Shown here one piece after another: positions 57,801 through 64,000 of a stretch of 64,000 bases of DNA; the first letter of the stretch is position 1; each line of letters opens with the position of its first letter. Location of the stretch: NCBI RefSeq assembly GCF_000372725.1, contig NW_005202428.1, positions 2,345,791-2,409,790 of the forward strand. The letters are read 5' to 3'. Position numbers and translations under genes: made by a program. This DNA is from Emiliania huxleyi CCMP1516. Lineage: Eukaryota. Under the pieces are notes generated by a model. It was not told the origin of the DNA. It did no database searches and saw nothing but the letters and a program-made list of their open reading frames with translations.

Positions 57801-58044
57801 CGGCGAGGGAGCGGCCTGCCGCCACGGGAAGCTCGTCGCGTCGCAGCTTGGCCCCCCCGGCCGACCCGGTCGCAGCGAGCCGCTGCAGTATCATCCGGTC
57901 TGCTGCTTCGTCGCCCGTCAATCTTACTGCCTCCTCTGCCGCCAGCCGCGGAGGAGGAGCCCGGCCGAGCCGCTCGGAATGAACGGAGTCCAGCGGCGGC
58001 GGCGAATTGATCCAGGCGGCGGCTTGGGTGAGGTAGAGCAGCAT
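54810..58044 (-). CDS. miaB: Plastid-type tRNA methylthiotransferase MiaB with an N-terminal parvulin (PpiC) domain; multi-exon
   Basis: Parvulin motifs [24 protein letters not shown] and [10 protein letters not shown]. MiaB motifs [71 protein letters not shown] and [10 protein letters not shown], then a TRAM domain. Confidence 0.9.
56545..56750. repeat. Intronic 17-bp G-rich minisatellite (GCGGGGAGGGAGAGGGT)n
   Basis: About 12 near-perfect units inside a miaB intron. Confidence 0.9.
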
Positions 58045-58166
58045 ATGTCACGTGTGTCCCCGCTGGACTGGCCCGGCCCGCGCACTCACCTGGAGATCTT
58101 ACCTTATATTTCCCCGCGGCCGGTTTTCCGTTTCGCGGCGACGGCACAGGGTCTCAAAGTGATACC

Positions 58167-58760
58167 ATGCCCCTCTCGGCAGAGCAGCAGCGCGAGCGCC
58201 GCGCAGCAAAGCGCGCTGCAGAAGAGGCAGCTGGCGTCTTCCGTCGCCGACGCGGCGGTCGTCTCGCGGCAGGGCATGTGTGGGACGAGCAGACTGGCAC
58301 AGCCGTGCCGCAGGCGCCGTGCATGGTCGACGGCGAGTCAGGGGAGGAGGGTGAGAGTGTGCCTCCCACTGCTCGGCTGGCTGTGCCGCGCTCCGAGCGG
58401 CGATGGTCAGACCATCGGAATGCGGCAAAACGTGCGAGGCGTGCTGCGGCGGCGGAAGCAGCGAAGGAGGCGGCACCTCCTCCGCCTCTCACCTCCTCCG
58501 CCTCTCACCTCCTCCGCCTCTCACCTCCTCCGCCTCTCACCTCCTCCGCCTCTCACCTCTTCCGCCTCTCACCTCCTCCGCCTCTCACCTCCTCCGCCTC
58601 CTCACTCACCTCCTCCGCCTCTCACCTCCTTCTCCTCACCTCCTCCAAGAAGGTGAGCGAGGACACCGAGAAGGTGATTCCGTTTCGGGCGACGGCACAC
58701 TCACCGAGCTATCCGGGCGGGGAATCATGTCGGCGAAGGCGGGCTCTGGCGTCTCGGTGA
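58167..58760 (+). CDS. Hypothetical basic protein containing a 16-bp minisatellite (CACCTCCTCCGCCTCT, about 58474-58640, probably intronic)
   Basis: ATG ORF divergent from miaB. No family recognised. Confidence 0.3.
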   Translation: MPLSAEQQRERRAAKRAAEEAAGVFRRRRGGRLAAGHVWDEQTGTAVPQAPCMVDGESGEEGESVPPTARLAVPRSERRWSDHRNAAKRARRAAAAEAAKEAAPPPPLTSSASHLLRLSPPPPLTSSASHLFRLSPPPPLTSSASSLTSSASHLLLLTSSKKVSEDTEKVIPFRATAHSPSYPGGESCRRRRALASR

Positions 58761-59792
58761 TGCGCTCCGATCTCGACGCGTCGACCTCGACGGAGGTGGA
58801 CGCGCACGAGGCGCAGTGGCGGGCCGGCGTCAACCGCCAAGCGCGTCCAGACGCCGCTTCGCAAAGGCGGCGTCATTGGCTGCTGCAGCCAAGCGGCGGC
58901 GGATAAGGACATGAACAACATACCTGCGCAAGCCGTCGCCCGGGCGGCCGCAGGCGGTGCCATCTCAACCCACTCTCGGCACCGCTGCACGTGCGTGCTC
59001 CCTCTCCCACCCAACTCGGCTCCACTCTCGTCCACCCGCGCCCACCCCATCATCTGCTCTCAGGCTGATTGCGGCGTGTGTTGCGCAATGCCGAGCCACC
59101 AGACGCTGGCCAGAGCATGATTGTGATGCCTCTGTCTGGGCCGGGGGGGCGTTCGACAGCGCGCGAGGCTGCCTCCCTGCCCTTTGCGACGCTTGCGACC
59201 ACTGCTGAGTTGCATGCAGTACAGAGTAGCAGTGGTGGGGAGGGCTTGCGCCCCCCCCCCCCCCCGGGCAGAATGGTAAACTCGTGTCTACTCACCTCGT
59301 CGGCTCCATCGGCTGCCTCTCCTCGTGCGCCGGCTGCCTCTCCATCCAACCGCTTCTGCGTCCCCTTCTCTGCCCGGTGCTCGCGTGTCGCGATGTCGCT
59401 CTGCCGAGAGGGTCATCGCCGGCGTAGGCGGAGCGGCGGGCCCTTCGTTACAGAGACAACAATGACATTTCACCCCTCGGGCTGTTGTTGCAGACAGAAA
59501 AACAAATTTGGCGCGCGTGCGCGCAAGGTCTGCTAGTCGCGCAAAAGACTCTCCTGCGCAGGACCGCAGCTAGCCCTGGCCCCTGCCTACAAACACCCTC
59601 CATCCGAGCCCAACACGCGACAAATAGTTACCACTCTTGCACACAGCTTTGGAGCCGGCATCGATGCCGCCCCGCCCACTCCCACCGCCCTGCCCCGCTC
59701 TATTATCGCGCGCCACATTCCTCTCTCATTCCTCCGCTCGCTGCCACCGCTGTCGCAGCAGCCTACCCCTTCCCCTCTGCCGTGCGCCTCCG

Positions 59793-61101
59793 TCAAAAGT
59801 CAATGACGGCTTGCTGCATGCTGCGGACGCGCCGCAGCACCTCGGGGCACGACGGGATGGGGTTAGGATTGGGGTTAACAATAGTGCTAGGATTTAGGGC
59901 TAGGAACGGGGTGAGGATGAGGGTGAGGGTGAGGGTGAGGGCGAGGGTGAGGGTGAGGGTGGGGGTGGGGAGTGGGGGTGAGGGTGAGGGTGAGGGTAGG
60001 GGTGAGGGTGAGGGTGAGGGTGGGGGTGGGGGTGAGGGTGAGGGTGGGGGTGGGGGTGGGGGTGAGGGTGGGGGTGAGGGCGAGGGTGAGCGCCTCTGGC
60101 ACGAACGGGCGCTTGGAGGCGTCGACAGTGAGCATCGCCTCGATCAGGCCGACAAAGGGCGCCGAGTACGGGTGTGAGGACGGGAACTGCGCCGGTGCGA
60201 TCACTCTCAAGTGCGAGCACTCGACCACGCGCTGCACATTGTCCTGGAAGGTGCACTCGAAGGGCGAGTAGTAGAAGGCCTACGGGGCCATGGACATGTC
60301 CGGGACGTGCCGCCGAAGGCGCTCCAAGGGCGAGCGGCAGAAGGCCATCGCGTAGAGCGTGGCGCCGAGCGAGAAGACGTCCGTCCGCTCGTCGATGTCG
60401 CCCTGCGACGGCGTGTCGAAGAGCTCCGGCGCGCGATACGGCATCGAGCAGTTCTGGGCAGCGTCCTCCTGCAACAGCAGCGCCTCGGTGCGATTGCTGA
60501 TGTGGCGCCGCGCCGACGCGACCGAGCCAAAGTCCATCAGCACGGGCACGTCCCCCTCCGACAGCAGGATGTTGGCCGGCTTGATGTCTCGGTGGGCCCA
60601 CGGCGGCGAGTGCGAGTGCAGCGCGAGCACGCCCTCGCAGACCTGCGCAAAGAGGTGGAGCGCCCGCCCCTCCTCGAGCCGCTTGCCGCCCTCCATGAGC
60701 CGCACCGCCAGGTCAAGCAGCGTGCCGTCCGGGTAGAGCGGCATCAGCAGCCGGAACTCCTCCGCGCCGCTCGCCGTCGAGACGACGGCATGGTCGATCA
60801 ACGGCATCAGGTTGGCGTGCTTGAAGGACTGGTGCACCTGCACCTCCCAGCGCGCGAGCTCCGACGCCTCGGGCAGCTGCGCCAGCACCTTCTTCAGCGC
60901 GTACTTCTTCTTCTCGTCGTCCTCGACGAGGTACACGAACGAGAAGCCGCCCTCGGCCAGCAGCTTGACGACGCGGAGGTTGCGCTCGTTGACCTGCATC
61001 GACTGGGTCGAGCAGGTGACGGCGCAGCAGAGCGAAGTGACCCACGCGTAGATGCCGCTGAGGACGTCCGCAACCATCGCGAGCGGGCCGTACGCCGACA
61101 T
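59793..61101 (-). CDS. NAK-family Ser/Thr kinase (STK16/MPSK1/Env7-like), 3 exons
   Basis: LAEGGFSFVYLV, YALKK, HRDIKPAN, VLMDFGS, CSMPYRAPELF and an N-terminal Cys cluster LCCAVTC. Introns at 60280-60345 and 59841-60093. Stop at 59793. Confidence 0.9.
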
Positions 61102-61618
61102 ATGTGTGGATTGTCGTTTGCGCCGTGGTGTGCCGTGGTGAGCGTCAGGCAACTTCTGGAAAAGAAATAGTGCGCGGCTTGAGCGGACTTGTGAGCCGGA
61201 CGGCTTTCATTTCTCTCTGCGTTGTTGAGCCAGGACTCAACATACTCGTTCTGTTGCCGTCGCAAACTGTCACTCCCCTTTCTCTCGGCCGGGGTGGGCG
61301 CGCGCGGGGGGCGGCGGGTGTGCGGGATGTCTGTGGGCCCGAGAGCGATATGCCATGTCCGCCTTGCGTTTGTTTCATAACATCGAAGGCTAAGCTCAAA
61401 AGAAATAAAAACCCCGCTGGAGAGCGGTTGCGCATCCCTCCGGGGGCCCCTCTGCGCCGGGGAGGCGTTGTTTGTTGTGTTGTTGGAGGCTAGGACGCAA
61501 GCGTCCGTCGCCCTTTTCAAACTCGGGGCCCACTCCGCTGCGCTCCGACCCGAATTTGGAGGGCCTATAAAAGTTTAAGGTGTTGCTGCGCAAAAGGGGT
61601 CGGACACAGGGCTCAGGG

Positions 61619-62953
61619 CTGAGGGAGGGTGTAGAGGATGTAGAGTGTAGAGCGCTGTAGAGCTGTAGAGATGTAGAGCGCTCTGGAGCGCTGTAGAGCT
61701 GTAGAGCTCTACATCCGCCGCGTGACGATGCGCCTCCGTTGTAGAGCGATGTAGAGGCGTTTTTCCCCCCCCCCCCCCACCTCCCCTCCCCCCTCTCCCC
61801 CCACCCCCCCACCGCCCCGGCCATGCCAAGAGCAAAGATCGCACCCACCCGCTGTCTCTTGCAGGCGAGGAAAACACAACTCGATGGGGTTGCCCCATCC
61901 CGGAGTGGTTCGATTCCACACAAATCCGAGACGGTGATGGATGCGTCGTACGGTGGTCTCATGCCCAGTGAGGTAGTGCATCTGGCCACTCCTGATCCTG
62001 CTGAACAAGCTCCTCTTGTAGCTCGATCGGTCACACCGCCATCGCCGACGGGGAGAGGGGGGACGACACTGCTTCAGCAGCGTGCACCTCGATCCTGCAC
62101 CGTGTTTGTTATGACCCCCCCCAATGAACACACCAGTGAGGGAGGGCGAGACGATCGAGGGGTCCCGTACCATGCGGAATCGACCCTATCCAGTGCTCAA
62201 GTGCTCAAGGCGCTCTACAACGTGAAATCTCTACAACAAACTCTACATCATAAGCGGCGAACGAGGCACGGTCGCTCTCCGACATGAGGCGCGTTGCACT
62301 TGCCAGTGCGGCCCTGGCCTTCTGTCTGCCCGCCCAATGGGTGGGAGGTGCCTCTGCTGCTGTGACATTCCTCACGGCTGCGACTGGCCGGCGCCTCGGC
62401 GCGTCAGCTCGGCTCGGCGTAGTGATAGTGGCCAGCGCAACTCGCCTGGACTCAACGCTCAGCCAGGAGCTCCCGCACGCGCTGGCGCGAGGCATGGGCA
62501 TGCAACGCGTCTGAATGCTCGCCTCGCCTCGCGCAAATGCGACCGTCCTCGCAGCCGACAGTCCACCGCCTGCTAAAGAAGCACTGCGACGAATGCGGCA
62601 CCGGCGACACATAGCAGGCTGGTCATGACGCAGTTATAGGGTGTTGTGTGCCGTCGGAGTGACTCTCTGTGTGTCAGGGATAGTCAGGGCTGTCCATCAG
62701 AGCTCCAGTAAGCTCGGAGACACCCCACATTAGCGCGGCTCGACCTCTTTGAGTCACTGCCTTCCCGGCGGTTTGGCTGTAGAGCCTCTACAACAAACTC
62801 TACAGCAAAATCGCGCTCTACATCGCTCTACAACGGAGGCGCATCGTCCCGCGCCGGATGTAGAGCTATACAGCTCTACAGCGCTCTCCAGCGCTCTCCA
62901 TCTCTACAGCTCTACAGCGCTCTACACTCTACATCCTCTACACCCTCCCTCAG
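61619..62953. mobile_element. Non-autonomous foldback/TIR element with inverted repeats of about 140 bp built from TGTAGAG units; carries a family C insert
   Basis: 61619-61760 is the reverse complement of about 62812-62953. The family C copy is at 62101-62209. No transposase seen. Confidence 0.8.
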
Positions 62954-63301
62954 AGCCAACCCGACCGACCCCCCCCCCCCCTCGGTCTGTGCTCCGACCG
63001 ACCGGACCCCCCCTCCGGTCTGCGGTCTTCCGCGGCCGTCGACCGGACCCGCGGTCCTCGGTCGGTCTGCGCTGGGCGCTCAACCCGCAAACTCGGCCTG
63101 TTGCTGTTCACTACAAGATGACGCTCGTATTAGCCACCCTTTATGTCTTGCGCGGTCAAAACCCTGCAGATGGTAATGCGGGAGGTGCCGAGCTTCCCGC
63201 CCTTAAATTATTTTAACACGGCTCCAGTGGTGTACCTGTGTTAGTGCCAGTGCGCGCCAGAAATGCTAAATTCTTTTAGTGGCGGCTGCCGATAGGTGTA
63301 C

Positions 63302-64000
63302 ATGAGGCCGGCGCCGTTCCTCCTGCTGCTCCTCCCGGCTCCCTCCCTCCAAAAAATCAGCGACGGCGTCGCCAAGCTGAGCTCGCAGGATACGGAGCAG
63401 TACCTCACCAAGTTCTCCTTTTCGCCGCGTGTGGCGTCGCTGCTCAACATCTCGTTTCACGTGGCGGAGCGAGAGTACTTTGACCGGCACCAGCACGAGC
63501 TCACGCTCTGTCTCTACTCGGACACCGATTGGCCCCGCTTCCGCCGCGCGATGACCAAGGGCTCGCTCTGCTCCGAGAGGCAGCGGCTGGCGTCGTGGTC
63601 GGCCAAGGTGCAGCCGGAGGTGACCTACCGGCCAGGCACGGGATACCGGCACGACTTTGACTGGGCGGGCACGCTCACCGCGCCAAAGGGGCGTGCGCAC
63701 TACTGGTACGCCATGCTGATGGACTGCTACCTCGAGGAGTACGACGCCCACCCGCCGCCCCTCAACTACCGGCTCATCTTCATGAACGGTGGCGCGCTCT
63801 CTGTGGCGCGTATGGACAGTCTCTCTCAGCGCCACCCAAGCTCGCACGACCCCTCCGAACGAGTCGCCTCCCAGCCTCCTTCTTCTCTCCCCGCAGGCGA
63901 GTCGCACCTGCCTGCGGACGAGTCGGGCATGGCGACCATCAACGGGCTCGCGCTGCTCGGCATGCTCGCCCACGGCGCGAAGACGCAGAAAGCCGCGCGG
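63302..64000 (+). CDS. GPR180/TMEM145-like 7TM protein, N-terminal part (runs off the window; not in the ORF track)
   Basis: Own translation: signal peptide MRPAPFLLLLLP, QYLTKFSF, LYSDTDW..C, RAHYWYAMLMDC, YRLIFMNG, an intron, then ESHLPADESGM. Confidence 0.75.
   Translation, partial: MRPAPFLLLLLPAPSLQKISDGVAKLSSQDTEQYLTKFSFSPRVASLLNISFHVAEREYFDRHQHELTLCLYSDTDWPRFRRAMTKGSLCSERQRLASWSAKVQPEVTYRPGTGYRHDFDWAGTLTAPKGRAHYWYAMLMDCYLEEYDAHPPPLNYRLIFMNGGALSVARMDSLSQRHPSSHDPSERVASQPPSSLPAGESHLPADESGMATINGLALLGMLAHGAKTQKAAR

Noticed and set aside
39124..58044. Bacterial contamination or operon (puuE, miaB, BASS, GNAT)
   Set aside because: Most of these genes have spliceosomal introns and eukaryotic targeting peptides, lie on different strands and are separated by host repeats.
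62101..62209. Possible hammerhead or HDV ribozyme in family C repeat
   Set aside because: There is no CTGANGA...GAAA core, and I could not build an HDV pseudoknot by eye. An Infernal/Rfam search would settle it.
63266..63973. 235-aa minus-strand ORF
   Set aside because: It is antisense to the GPR180/TMEM145-like gene on the plus strand.

Overview
This is GC-rich, intron-containing eukaryotic DNA. GC-AG introns, 10-11 bp intronic tandem repeats and bipartite plastid leaders suggest a haptophyte such as Emiliania/Gephyrocapsa huxleyi (inference). I can support about 20 protein-coding genes, most of them spliced, so the ORF track fragments them. They include a PHD/Tudor/MBD-like chromatin protein, a CIA30-MsrB-like fusion, RNase HII, a PDZ-tetraspanin-like protein, a pseudo-RhoGAP-PDZ coiled-coil scaffold, a hevein/extensin-like surface protein, a KW-repeat beta-propeller, a HExxH peptidase-VHL fusion, an RRM protein, PuuE allantoinase, BASS and SLC17 transporters, a NAA60-like GNAT, a parvulin-MiaB fusion, an STK16-like kinase and a GPR180/TMEM145-like gene. 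Intergenic DNA holds a 5'-truncated Ty1/copia element, at least three families of 5'-truncated non-LTR retroelement 3' ends with visible target-site duplications, and several MITE/foldback elements. The most interesting signals are the in-frame parvulin-MiaB fusion, introns whose ends copy the adjacent exon, a possibly membrane-anchored PuuE, a NAA60-like enzyme ending in a CaaX box, and a pseudo-RhoGAP carrying endocytic motifs. I saw no CRISPR array, rRNA or tRNA. Exon boundaries and family assignments were made by eye, without database searches.
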